32,000 bases of DNA, taken from assembly GCF_023169545.1 (NCBI RefSeq), contig NZ_AP019769.1:180001-212000 (forward strand), given 5' to 3'. The translations under genes and the position numbers were made by a program. Numbering within the stretch: the stretch's first letter is position 1; every line of letters begins with the position of its first letter. Under the pieces are notes generated by a model. That model saw only the letters and a program-made list of their open reading frames with translations, ran no database searches and had not been told where the DNA came from. Of the stretch, positions 1 to 8,692 are shown piece after piece. The DNA comes from Nanobdella aerobiophila (GTDB lineage Archaea; Nanobdellota; Nanobdellia; Nanobdellales; Nanobdellaceae).

Positions 1-1
1 G

Positions 2-181
2 CTACCAGATGGATTAAAGCTGAAGGAAATGTATTTTGACGAAAAAAACAATATTGCAGTTTGTAAGTGGGAGGCAGAAGATCCGCAAAAGTTATTAGAT
101 ACAGCTAAGCAATTAAATGTGGATTGGGATATAAAAGTATTAGTTGGACCAAAGGAATTATATAAAAAGAAGTTATTCTAA
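2..181 (+). CDS. 3' end of an unidentified protein-coding gene (last 59 codons; 5' part outside window)
   Basis: Open frame from the window edge reading LPDGLKLKEMYFDEKNNIAVCKWEAEDPQKLLDTAKQLNVDWDIKVLVGPKELYKKKLF, stop TAA 179-181. Absent from the ORF track because it is truncated. Overlaps the convergent hef 3' end by 9 bp. No family recognised. Confidence 0.4.
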   Translation, partial: LPDGLKLKEMYFDEKNNIAVCKWEAEDPQKLLDTAKQLNVDWDIKVLVGPKELYKKKLF

Positions 182-2380
182 TTTTTTAAATTCTTCTTCA
201 AATATTTTTTTGATTCTATCTGCTTTTTTCTCTCCTATCATATCTCTTAAATCTGCTTTCTGAGCAAGAAATATATTTTTTAGGGATTTAAACCTCTCTA
301 GTAATTTATATGCTAAGTTTTCTCCTATCCCTGGTATTATTTTTAATATTTCTAGTTTTATTTCATCCAGATCACTGTATTTTTTTAGTTTTTCTGGTAT
401 TTTAGGAAATTTCTTATAATTCTTTGCTAATAGATACAAATAATTTGCAGTTTCTAGAAAGTCATAGGTCCTTATTATTGGTATATCATACTCAAACATT
501 ATTTTTAATATTAAAGTCCTCAAATAATTCTTTGTTATTTGTGTATTTAGATCTAAATTATCATCGGATCCTTCTAAAATCAATATAGAATTTAGGTCTT
601 TTAATCTTTCTAGTTGATTATAAAGTCTACCATCTAATATAGAATTTATAAAGTCTAATATATTCTTTCTTTCTATTATATAGTCTCCAATTATATAGTC
701 TCCTGTTTCTAGATTATCTAATTTAACTAGTATATCTGTATTCGCTAGCGTTTGTATAACTCCAGACTCTTTCTCTTTGTAATCGGCTATTATTATTGGT
801 GTATTATCTTCTTTTGTAGTTTCTTGGCTACTATTTGATATATATTTTATTATTCCAGTATTATTTTTAGTTTCAGTTTTTTCCATTTTTGTTTCTATAT
901 TATTATTAATATTAATGTTAATATATTTTTTTAATCTTTTTATCAATGTAAACATCTTTCTTTCCTTTTGTATCGCGACCCAATAAAATCTCTGATCTAA
1001 TGTACCCCTTGTAATTAATATTATTGTCCTTCCAATTTCTCCTCTACCTGTTCTACCTCTTCTCTGAATATATCTTATTTCTGATGGTACAGGTTCATAA
1101 AATATAACTATATCCACTTTTGGTATATCTATTCCTTCTTCTCCTACGGAGGTAGATAGTAAGACACTAAACTGATTTTCTGAAAACATCTTAAGTAATT
1201 CAGCCTGCTTTAATCTATTCATCTCTTTTTTACCGACGAATTTTTCAGCTTTTATTCCATTTTTTAAACAGACATCTTTTATTATATCTAGGGTTTTTCT
1301 TATTTGCGCAAATACAATTATTTTCTTATCCTTATTCTCTTTCAATATTTCTATTAATTTTAATAATTTTGGGTGTTCTAATCCGTGATTTATATATTCT
1401 TTCGTCAGGTTAACGGCTTTCTTTATCCTAATATCATTTATTATATTATAATCAGCTCTTGATTTTCTTATGCTATTCTCTATTTGATTATAGTAGTCTA
1501 TAAATGTACCTAAAGACTGAGTTTCTAATAATTCTATTGCATGGGAGATCTTTAATAGTTCAGATAGCAATATTATTATAATTCGTAGCCTATAATCTTT
1601 ACTATACTGCATATTCTTCTTAATTTCGGTTATCCATTGTAATATATCCGTTTTCCCCTTATATATTTCTATTGATGGATCAAGCTCCTTTACCTTATAT
1701 AATCTATCATAATATGCCTTATTTAATAATGATATTATATTCTTTATCTTATCATCTAGATCTACTTCGTACTTTTCTATATCAATATCCTTCATGTATT
1801 TTTCTATATCTTCTTCTTTTCCAGTTCTTATTTCTATGTTTTTTATATGTAAATTTTCCATTACCTCCTTTATTCTATCTATATTCCAGCCTGGAGATGC
1901 TGTTAGGGCTAGTATCCTCCCATCTTTATTTTGACTATAAAATCTTTGTGCTATAAATGTGTAAGAATATTTTTTGACTGCTCTATGTGCTTCGTCAAAT
2001 ATTATTGTAGAAGAATCATAAAATATAACTTTTCCAGATATTAGATCATTTTGTAATGTTTGTGGGGTAATAAATATTATTTGTCCTTGTTTATATAGGT
2101 AAGATCGTCTTTCATTATTTATATCTCCAGTTATTAAGATAGATTTGTCTTTATATTCTTCAAAAATCTTTATAAAATTTTGATAATGTTGACTTACCAA
2201 TGGTTTTGTAGGTGCTAGAAAATATACTTTTTTATCAGGATATAATTTTAATCTTTCAATAATTAAGAAGAATGCAATTATAGTTTTACCTGTACCTGTA
2301 GGTAAAATAACTAAAGTATTATCTTTTAGGCATGTATCTAAGATATTTTTCTGATATTCTCTTAATTCTATATTAATCAT
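173..2380 (-). CDS. hef: Hef/XPF-type helicase-nuclease (SF2 helicase + ERCC4 nuclease + HhH2)
   Basis: Walker A LPTGTGKT, DEAH box FDEAHRA, motif III LTASPG, motif VI YIQRRGRTGR. C-terminal ERCC4 signature GDYIIGDYIIERKNILDF. Terminal helix-hairpin-helix IPGIGENLAYKLLERF. 735 aa is the full-length euryarchaeal-type Hef architecture. Confidence 0.9.
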   Translation of the reverse strand: MINIELREYQKNILDTCLKDNTLVILPTGTGKTIIAFFLIIERLKLYPDKKVYFLAPTKPLVSQHYQNFIKIFEEYKDKSILITGDINNERRSYLYKQGQIIFITPQTLQNDLISGKVIFYDSSTIIFDEAHRAVKKYSYTFIAQRFYSQNKDGRILALTASPGWNIDRIKEVMENLHIKNIEIRTGKEEDIEKYMKDIDIEKYEVDLDDKIKNIISLLNKAYYDRLYKVKELDPSIEIYKGKTDILQWITEIKKNMQYSKDYRLRIIIILLSELLKISHAIELLETQSLGTFIDYYNQIENSIRKSRADYNIINDIRIKKAVNLTKEYINHGLEHPKLLKLIEILKENKDKKIIVFAQIRKTLDIIKDVCLKNGIKAEKFVGKKEMNRLKQAELLKMFSENQFSVLLSTSVGEEGIDIPKVDIVIFYEPVPSEIRYIQRRGRTGRGEIGRTIILITRGTLDQRFYWVAIQKERKMFTLIKRLKKYINININNNIETKMEKTETKNNTGIIKYISNSSQETTKEDNTPIIIADYKEKESGVIQTLANTDILVKLDNLETGDYIIGDYIIERKNILDFINSILDGRLYNQLERLKDLNSILILEGSDDNLDLNTQITKNYLRTLILKIMFEYDIPIIRTYDFLETANYLYLLAKNYKKFPKIPEKLKKYSDLDEIKLEILKIIPGIGENLAYKLLERFKSLKNIFLAQKADLRDMIGEKKADRIKKIFEEEFKKLE
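675..704 (-). repeat. 15-bp tandem duplication inside the Hef ERCC4 nuclease motif
   Basis: Plus strand attatatagtctcca / attatatagtctcct (14 of 15 identical). On the coding strand this gives GGAGACTATATAAT x2, encoding GDYII-GDYII immediately before ERK. Confidence 0.85.
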
Positions 2381-2678
2381 TATTATTATCTTTATTTGAT
2401 CTTTTTATATATTTTATTATCTTTTCTTGCATATCTTTTTCTATTTTAATGTTAAAATAATCCTTGTATTTTTCTACATCTTCTCTATTAATACTTCCAA
2501 TAATCAATATATTTAATTTATTCTTCTTTCTAAATCTATCTTTATATATTTTTAATGCATTTAGAATGTTATATATATCATAATTCTTTTTTGTGATTTC
2601 ATCTATATACCATATAATATCTTTATTTCCATATATCCATATTTTCGTGTCCTTTTTAATTACTATACTATATCTCAT
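2373..2678 (-). CDS. hypothetical small protein (101 aa), Lys/Asn/Ile-rich
   Basis: ORF wedged between trm1 (6-bp gap) and hef (8-bp overlap) on the same strand. No recognisable motif. Called because the arrangement fits this tightly packed genome. Confidence 0.5.
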   Translation of the reverse strand: MRYSIVIKKDTKIWIYGNKDIIWYIDEITKKNYDIYNILNALKIYKDRFRKKNKLNILIIGSINREDVEKYKDYFNIKIEKDMQEKIIKYIKRSNKDNNND

Positions 2679-2684
2679 AATATA

Positions 2685-3770
2685 TTATATTTGTGGATAG
2701 TTTAATGTTTTTATTCCATAGTCTGAAAAATGTGTTCTACAACCATTATTTTTATCTAATATATATTCAAGTTTTGGGAGATCTTTTTTATAAAAAGAAG
2801 ATATCTTTCTTATATCATAATAATATGGTAAGTCTATCTTTGAGTCACAGCTTATAATTCTGTCCATTATCTTTTTTTCATCTTTATCAAGATCTATAAT
2901 ATTTTTATTCTCATTAATTTTTTTTAAGAATTCTTCATCATACATATTTCCTGCATATATAGGTCCTAGTTTAATCATTTTATTTCCGCATATTTTACAT
3001 GTCTCTTCTTCGAAAGATTTATATCCACAGTTTTTACAATAATTAATATATTTTATATTCTCTGACAAGTAATTTAATGTATTGCTTTTATTATTTTTAA
3101 TAAAAAATACCCTATAATGATGTTTATAATAATATCCAAATATTGGCTTTAATCCAATATAATATTTTAATCCTTCTAATATAACATATTTTATTAATGC
3201 TCTTAAGCCAAATTCTAGATAGAAATCAGTTTTAATGCCTATTATATTATATTTTCTATATGCAGCTTTAGATTTAGATCCAGATAATGCGGAAATGTCA
3301 GTAGCAGTTACTCCTAAAATACCATTATTTCTTAAGGCTTGAGGAGTTAACTCTACAAAACCAATGGGAGACCCAAATGGATCTATATCTATATAGTCAT
3401 ATTTATTTCTTAATAATAGAGATCTACAATCTTGATTTTCCAATAATATATTTTCTCCTATTTCTATATTATTTATTCTTAAATTCTCCTTTATATTTTC
3501 TATAGCTTCTTTTTTTATATCATTTATATATATTTTATTTATTATTTGAGGTATCTCTTTTATGATCCTAATAGATCTTATTCCTGTAGCACTCATACAA
3601 TCTAGAATATCTATTTTCTTATTATATATATCATAATATGATTTTAATAATAATATTGTAAAATCTCTATTTATCTTCATCAAAGGATTATAAAATACAG
3701 GTAATTTTGATGAAAGGTTATTTAAAAAATCTTTATTATAATTTATTGTAGCTTTTCCTTCATTCATCAA
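2685..3770 (-). CDS. trm1: tRNA (guanine26-N2)-dimethyltransferase Trm1
   Basis: N-terminal VFYNPLMKINRDF (Trm1 hallmark), SAM-binding ILDCMSATGIRSIR, IDIDPFGSP motif, C-terminal Cys4 finger CKNCG...CKICG. 361 aa. Confidence 0.9.
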   Translation of the reverse strand: MMNEGKATINYNKDFLNNLSSKLPVFYNPLMKINRDFTILLLKSYYDIYNKKIDILDCMSATGIRSIRIIKEIPQIINKIYINDIKKEAIENIKENLRINNIEIGENILLENQDCRSLLLRNKYDYIDIDPFGSPIGFVELTPQALRNNGILGVTATDISALSGSKSKAAYRKYNIIGIKTDFYLEFGLRALIKYVILEGLKYYIGLKPIFGYYYKHHYRVFFIKNNKSNTLNYLSENIKYINYCKNCGYKSFEEETCKICGNKMIKLGPIYAGNMYDEEFLKKINENKNIIDLDKDEKKIMDRIISCDSKIDLPYYYDIRKISSFYKKDLPKLEYILDKNNGCRTHFSDYGIKTLNYPQI

Positions 3771-4089
3771 GATCTACATATATTGTATCTTCTTTTTTTA
3801 TTATCCTTAGTTTATATATTGCTGGTGGATTTTTTATACCTCTGGACCATATATATTCATTTAATCTTTTTGATAATTTTATATTTTCATTTTTATATCT
3901 TACTTTCATTATTCTTTTTATTGTACTAGCCGCTTTTTTTGCTCTTTTAAATAAGGAGGCTCTTAATAAGTATTTTCTTATATTTATTTTTATTTTATAC
4001 TCTTCTATCTTTTCTTCTTTTGGTTGTTCTTGTTGAGGTGTTTCTTGAACATTTTCTTGTTTTTCTAGTTGTACAGTTTCTTCAGGCAT
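3760..4089 (-). CDS. rpl31e: 50S ribosomal protein L31e (with acidic/Gln-rich N-terminal extension)
   Basis: Core RAKKAASTIKRIMKVRY...IKLSKRLNEYIWSRGIKNPPAIYKLRI matches the L31e pattern (..kRa.rAv..ir.f...lNe.iWsrGi.npP..irv). Preceded by about 28 residues MPEETVQLEKQENVQETPQQEQPKEEKIEE. Confidence 0.85.
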   Translation of the reverse strand: MPEETVQLEKQENVQETPQQEQPKEEKIEEYKIKINIRKYLLRASLFKRAKKAASTIKRIMKVRYKNENIKLSKRLNEYIWSRGIKNPPAIYKLRIIKKEDTIYVDLDE

Positions 4090-4126
4090 ATGTATTTAGA
4101 TAGAAAAAATCTTTTAAAGTATAATT

Positions 4127-4702
4127 TTATCTTTTTAAAAAATTTATTATTTCATTATTAAATTCTTCTGGTTCATCAAGATAACAGGCGTGTTTGCTGC
4201 CTATATTTATCAATTTAGAACTTTTTACATTGTATAGAAATATTTTTGCGTCTTCTTCTGTAAATATACTATCATTTTTACCTCTTATTAATAATATGTC
4301 TATTCCATCTAATAGCTTTAACTTATCCTTATTTTCTTTTACTTTTACAGGTCCAATAAGTATTATTTTATTTACAAGATTTTTATTATCTAGTGAAAAT
4401 TCTAATACATTACCTCCGCCCATCGAAGCTCCAAGAATATCTACTTTTTTTAAGTTCAATTTTTCTATAAATAGTTTTATAAATTCGGATATGGAATTAA
4501 AATTACCATTTTCTGACTCTCCAAAACCTGGAAAGTCTATAGAGTATACTTTAAATCCATTACTAGCTAATTTATCTATAGTGCCTGTTTCTTTCCATAT
4601 TCTAGCATTAAATCTTGCTCCATGAAATAATAATATTGGATATCCTTCTCCTTCTTCTATATAATATATTTTTGAATTATTTATTTCAATATATTTATCC
4701 AT
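4127..4702 (-). CDS. small alpha/beta-fold hydrolase (esterase-like)
   Basis: Oxyanion HG in LLFHGARF, nucleophile elbow GASMGG, acidic residue in RGKNDSIF, histidine in GSKHACYLDEPEEF. 191 aa, no lid domain. Substrate unknown. Confidence 0.75.
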   Translation of the reverse strand: MDKYIEINNSKIYYIEEGEGYPILLFHGARFNARIWKETGTIDKLASNGFKVYSIDFPGFGESENGNFNSISEFIKLFIEKLNLKKVDILGASMGGGNVLEFSLDNKNLVNKIILIGPVKVKENKDKLKLLDGIDILLIRGKNDSIFTEEDAKIFLYNVKSSKLINIGSKHACYLDEPEEFNNEIINFLKR

Positions 4703-4715
4703 TTTAATACTTTTA

Positions 4716-5432
4716 TTAATATCTTTTTAAATTTTCTTTAGAAATCCTGAAAACACCCATCAAAAGAGAGTATTCTCTTTTTGATAAAAAAGATTTACCT
4801 ACTAGATTCTTAAAACCTCTATATATTACTGGTTTTTTATATTCTTCTGTTGGTAATACCTTTAGAAACTCTTTAAACATCATGTATAAATTTGATTTTT
4901 CAAGATTATTTATTAATTTAAATCTATTTCTTATGGGGTTATTTTTAGATAAAAATAGTTCATAGAGTATTATTGCTGCAGAATGTGTTATATTCATTAT
5001 TGGAAAATTCTCATCTGCTGGTATAGTTATTATGCTGTCAAATTTGTTTAATTCGTAATTATTAAAGCCGTTTGCTTCTCTACCAAAAAATATACCAATA
5101 TCTCCAGATATATTATTTATTATACTTGATAGCTCTCTTGGTGTAATAGGGTTTCTTAATAATTCGCTTCCTTTTTTTGAAGATACCCCCGTGGTTCCAT
5201 AACATATGTCAAATAATGATACGACTTCTTCAAAATCTTCGTATATTCTTGCATTATTTATTATCTTCCATCCTTCTTTTCTAGATACAATCTTTACTTT
5301 TTCAGATTTATAATCTACCTTGGGATTTATTATTATCAAATTATGAAATCCAAAATTTGACATTACCCTCGCTAGGGCGCCTATATTTTCTTCAGATTCA
5401 GGTTCAACAAAGATTATTGTTATATTGCTCAT
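4716..5432 (-). CDS. SpoU/TrmH-family RNA 2'-O-methyltransferase (archaeal TrmJ-like)
   Basis: IIFVEPESEENIGALARVMSNFGF (SPOUT motif 1), FGREANGF (motif 2), IPADENFPIMNITHSAAIILYE (motif 3). 4-bp overlap with aspS. Confidence 0.8.
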   Translation of the reverse strand: MSNITIIFVEPESEENIGALARVMSNFGFHNLIIINPKVDYKSEKVKIVSRKEGWKIINNARIYEDFEEVVSLFDICYGTTGVSSKKGSELLRNPITPRELSSIINNISGDIGIFFGREANGFNNYELNKFDSIITIPADENFPIMNITHSAAIILYELFLSKNNPIRNRFKLINNLEKSNLYMMFKEFLKVLPTEEYKKPVIYRGFKNLVGKSFLSKREYSLLMGVFRISKENLKRY

Positions 5433-6766
5433 GGTTCTAATCTATTCGGATCCCTGGGAACTAATACGACTTCTTTTACATTCTCTATATTTAATAATTG
5501 TTTTATAAACCTAGATATTCCAAATCCGAAGCCTCCCATAGTGGGTGATCCATATTTAAAGAACTCTAAATAAGACTTGAAATTATCAGGATTCATACCT
5601 TTTTCCTTTATCTGATTTACTAATATACTATACCTATGCTCTCTTTGAGAACCTGTAGTAATTTCTAGACCTTTATATAATAGATCAAAACTTTTTGTAG
5701 TTGTTCTTCCATCTCTCATTGGTTCACCCTTCATATGATAGAAAGGTCTAGCAGTCCAAGGCCAATCAATTATATATACGAAATCATTTTTATAATTATC
5801 TTTAATATATTTTCCTAATATTTTTTCCCCTTCAGAGCTAATATCTCCATTATCTTTAATATTGTTTTTTCCTATAATCTCATATACATCTTCCATTTTA
5901 ATTTTTTCAAATTTTTTTGGTATTTCAATATCAACATTATATAAATTTTTTATTTTATCTTCATAATTTTCCTTTATTCTATTTAAAGAATATACTATTA
6001 GTTCTTCTTCGAGGGCCATAAGATCATAGTGCGAGGATATATAACCAACTTCGATATCAAATGATGTAAATTCTGTTAAATGCCTAGATGTGAATGAAGG
6101 TTCTGCCCTAAAGGCTGGTGCTATTTCAAATACCTTTTCAAATCCGGCACATATAGCCATTTGCTTATAAAATTGTGGAGATTGAGCCAAGTACGCTTTT
6201 TTATCAAAATATTTTAGTTCAAAGACTTCAGATCCACTCTCTGTTGCGGAGCTAATTATTTTTGGAGAAAATATTTCTATAAAATTATTTTTATATAAGT
6301 ATTCTCTAGAATATTTTATAAATTCAGATATTAGTCTTATTACAAATGATTTTTGAGGATCTCTTAGATCTATCCATCTATAGTCCATTCTCTTATCGAA
6401 ATGTGAATTTTCATCAATAGGTAGAGGTGCTGCGGGTTCATTTATTAAATATAATTCATTACATAGTACTTCTTTATATTTTTTTGATATACCTTTTATA
6501 TATTTGCCATATACGACTATGAAACTACCATTAGATAATTCTTTTATAAATTCTAGAGATCCTAGTATCTCTTTTTTTAATGTAATTTGTACCTCTCCTG
6601 TTTCATCTCTCAATATTATAAAGGATATGTCTCCAATATTTTTTATATTTATTATCCAACCAGATAATACTACGTCCCTTTCATATACCATATTATTTAA
6701 GTTTGAAATGTTTACTCTATTTTTTAGTAGTTCCAAACCTTTCTTCATATCATTTATATTTACCAT
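5429..6766 (-). CDS. aspS: aspartyl-tRNA synthetase, archaeal type (class IIb)
   Basis: N-terminal OB anticodon-binding fold (GWIINIKNIGDISFIILRDETGEVQIT). Class II motif 2 FRAEPSFTSRHLTEFTSFDIE. QSPQFYKQ. Motif 3 GGFGFGISRF. 445 aa. Confidence 0.9.
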   Translation of the reverse strand: MVNINDMKKGLELLKNRVNISNLNNMVYERDVVLSGWIINIKNIGDISFIILRDETGEVQITLKKEILGSLEFIKELSNGSFIVVYGKYIKGISKKYKEVLCNELYLINEPAAPLPIDENSHFDKRMDYRWIDLRDPQKSFVIRLISEFIKYSREYLYKNNFIEIFSPKIISSATESGSEVFELKYFDKKAYLAQSPQFYKQMAICAGFEKVFEIAPAFRAEPSFTSRHLTEFTSFDIEVGYISSHYDLMALEEELIVYSLNRIKENYEDKIKNLYNVDIEIPKKFEKIKMEDVYEIIGKNNIKDNGDISSEGEKILGKYIKDNYKNDFVYIIDWPWTARPFYHMKGEPMRDGRTTTKSFDLLYKGLEITTGSQREHRYSILVNQIKEKGMNPDNFKSYLEFFKYGSPTMGGFGFGISRFIKQLLNIENVKEVVLVPRDPNRLEP

Positions 6767-6785
6767 ATCTCTATATCCAGAGATA

Positions 6786-7454
6786 TTACTTTAAATTTTT
6801 CATTTTTATATCAATCATTGCATGTATTTCTTTATATATTATTGTTAGTTTTTTATTATAATCTATATCATCTTTTAGGTTATATACAGATAAAAAAGGA
6901 TATTTTTTGTAATTATTTATCTTTTTCTTTAATAATTTTTCTATTCTATTCATATTATCTTTTATTTCAGTTTCTAATTTTACTCTTAGTTTATCATATC
7001 CAATATCTAAATTAAAGTATCTTTTTGTATAATAATCTATAACTAATATAGGTTTTTCAAATGCATATAATATTATTGCATCTGCGGTTTCTTTTCCTAT
7101 ACCATGAATATCTAATAACTCCTTTCTAATATAATCTACTCTATTATTTATATCTATATTTTCTATAGAATCTGCAATATTTTTTATAGTTTCTAATTTT
7201 CTTGACTTAAAGGGAACTTTTATATAATTTATATCTAAGTTTTTCAAATTGTCTATATTAAATATAAAGTTTTTTGATTTTAAATATTCTATATTTTTTT
7301 CTACAAAAGACCATTTAGTATTCTGAGTTAATATAGCTCCTAATATGACTTCAATTTTCCAGTCACCTCCTGTTTTGATATGGTAGTTCAAATCTACAGG
7401 CCACCAAAGTTGTACATTACTTTCTTTAACCAATTTTATAATATTTTCTATCAT
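6786..7454 (-). CDS. HhH-GPD superfamily DNA glycosylase, endonuclease III-related (no Fe-S cluster)
   Basis: Helix-hairpin-helix LLDIHGIGKETADAIILYAF followed by VIDYYTKRYF (Asp at the expected catalytic spacing). ILTQNTKW motif. No cysteines at all, so no 4Fe-4S loop. Confidence 0.75.
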   Translation of the reverse strand: MIENIIKLVKESNVQLWWPVDLNYHIKTGGDWKIEVILGAILTQNTKWSFVEKNIEYLKSKNFIFNIDNLKNLDINYIKVPFKSRKLETIKNIADSIENIDINNRVDYIRKELLDIHGIGKETADAIILYAFEKPILVIDYYTKRYFNLDIGYDKLRVKLETEIKDNMNRIEKLLKKKINNYKKYPFLSVYNLKDDIDYNKKLTIIYKEIHAMIDIKMKNLK

Positions 7455-7463
7455 ATCATTATA

Positions 7464-8090
7464 ATGATATTAAATGATAAAAAAATGAAAGATTTTATTA
7501 AAAATAAGAAAATAATAGTTGAGCCATTTGATGAAAATATGATTGGGCCTGCTTCATTGGATGTTAGATTGGGCTTTAGATTTAGGATCTTTAAAACCTT
7601 GGAAAAAGATCTTATTGATGTAAAAAATTATGAAGATATTATTTATACAAAAATAGATACAGATAATTATAAAATTAATATAGGTAAATACTCAGATATT
7701 TATATAGCAAAAGATGAAAATACTCCAATAATAATACATCCAGGTGAATTTATACTAGCATCATTATATGAGTATATAGAGGTTCCTAGTTTTTTGGTGG
7801 GGCAAATACATGGTAGGTCATCTATAGGTAGACTAGGGATAATTGTTCATACATCAGCAGGATATATAGACCCTGGATATAGAGGATATATTACATTGGA
7901 AATAGTGAATGTTAATAAGGTACCTATAAAATTATATCCTAAAATGAAAATTGCTCAGATAGTATTTTTTGAAATAGAGCCACCAGAGATTCCGTATGAC
8001 AAGAGGAAAAGTTCAAAATATCTGGGTGAAGAGGGAGCAACCCAATCATTAATAACAAAAGATTTTGACTTTAAGGGCATTGGGCTATAA
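7464..8090 (+). CDS. dcd: dCTP deaminase (possibly bifunctional dCTP deaminase/dUTPase type)
   Basis: GPASLDVRLG, HPGEFILASLYEYIEVP, GQIHGRSSIGRLGI, GYIDPGYRGYITLEI, KIAQIVFF are canonical Dcd/Dut-fold motifs. The track ORF starts at 7380 but that part overlaps the divergent glycosylase gene. I place the start at Met-29 (ATG 7464); ATG 7485 is an alternative. Confidence 0.85.
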   Translation: MILNDKKMKDFIKNKKIIVEPFDENMIGPASLDVRLGFRFRIFKTLEKDLIDVKNYEDIIYTKIDTDNYKINIGKYSDIYIAKDENTPIIIHPGEFILASLYEYIEVPSFLVGQIHGRSSIGRLGIIVHTSAGYIDPGYRGYITLEIVNVNKVPIKLYPKMKIAQIVFFEIEPPEIPYDKRKSSKYLGEEGATQSLITKDFDFKGIGL

Positions 8091-8296
8091 AATTTTATTC
8101 AGTGTAAGATATTATCTATAGAGATATTTTTATGGTTGGCCAAGTTTATATAGAACAAATATTATATAATTAGAATTATAATATCCATTTAGATATCTAT
8201 TCCCATGATTTAAATTACACTTAAATTTTATACATAAAAATTCCAGCATAAGGGTGTAGTGCTTTGTCCATGAAGATAAGGTAGTTTACTAATAAC

Positions 8297-8306
8297 TTTT
8301 AAATAT
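8297..8306 (+). promoter_or_regulatory. candidate TATA box for the L18e-L13-S9 operon
   Basis: TTTTAAATAT centred about 26 bp upstream of the rpl18e ATG (8327). The spacing fits a leaderless or very short-leader archaeal transcript. In DNA this AT-rich such motifs also arise by chance. Confidence 0.3.
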
Positions 8307-8326
8307 TTTTTATATAGTTATGAAAA

Positions 8327-8692
8327 ATGGTCAAAAGAACTGGACCGACTAATATTTATCTAAGGAAATTAATACATAAATTAAAAAAAGAGGGAAAAAA
8401 GAATGAAGCAGGGATATATCTATATTTAGCTAAGCTACTGAATAGATCTACCAGAAAAAGAGTAGAGGTTAATTTGGGAAAATTACAAAAATATGCTAAG
8501 GATGGTGATACAGTAGTTATACCAGGAAAGTTGTTGGCTTCAAATAATTTCAATAAAAAATTAACTATATCTGTATGGAGATATTCTCAATCGGCAAGAG
8601 AGAAAGCAGAGAAGGCTGGTAGTACAATAATATCCATTGAAGAGTTATTAGAGGCTAATCCAAAAGGTTCTAATGTAAAGATAATAATATGA
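8327..8692 (+). CDS. rpl18e: 50S ribosomal protein L18e
   Basis: MVKRTGPTNIYLRKLI..., RVEVNLGKL, VVIPGKLL, SQSAREKAEKAGS, NPKGSNVKII match the archaeal L18e pattern. Canonical position upstream of L13 and S9. Confidence 0.85.
   Translation: MVKRTGPTNIYLRKLIHKLKKEGKKNEAGIYLYLAKLLNRSTRKRVEVNLGKLQKYAKDGDTVVIPGKLLASNNFNKKLTISVWRYSQSAREKAEKAGSTIISIEELLEANPKGSNVKIII

Noticed and set aside
1672-1956. Other antisense or shadow ORFs in the track (1672-1956, 6504-6794, 6818-7015, 8356-8553, 12359-12565, 12954-13142, 13449-13685, 14297-14491, 14695-14898, 16282-16497, 16898-17101, 17243-17605, 18429-18647, 27343-27600, 31689-31940)
   Set aside because: Each is fully contained in, or mostly overlaps, a confidently identified gene on the other strand and has Leu/Phe/Ile/Tyr/Ser-rich shadow composition. 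31689-31940 lies opposite rad50, which the track missed only because it is open-ended.
4194-4625. 143-aa ORF on the + strand, antisense to the alpha/beta hydrolase gene
   Set aside because: It is a Ser/Leu/Phe/Ile/Asn-rich low-complexity mirror of a gene with clear catalytic motifs. Long antisense ORFs are expected in AT-rich DNA where the sense strand uses A-rich codons. No motif or independent start context.
6786-7454. Absence of the 4Fe-4S cluster cysteines in the EndoIII-like glycosylase as an anomaly
   Set aside because: Several HhH-GPD subfamilies (for example EndoIII-related COG2231-type, MagIII/AlkA-like) naturally lack the Fe-S loop. The HhH Lys and the downstream Asp are intact, so nothing suggests a defect.
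7380-7463. N-terminal 28 codons of the track ORF for dCTP deaminase
   Set aside because: This part overlaps the 5' end of the divergent glycosylase gene and has no counterpart in Dcd proteins (MVVQIYRPPKLYITFFNQFYNIFYHIII). The internal ATG at 7464 gives a normal-length Dcd.
8091-8326. tRNA, split-tRNA half, or C/D-box sRNA in the 236-bp gap
   Set aside because: There is no GC-rich stem-forming segment of the kind structural RNAs need in a thermophile. I found no TGATGA/CTGA box pairs on either strand and no acceptor or T-arm-like sequences. It is kept only as a low-interest finding.
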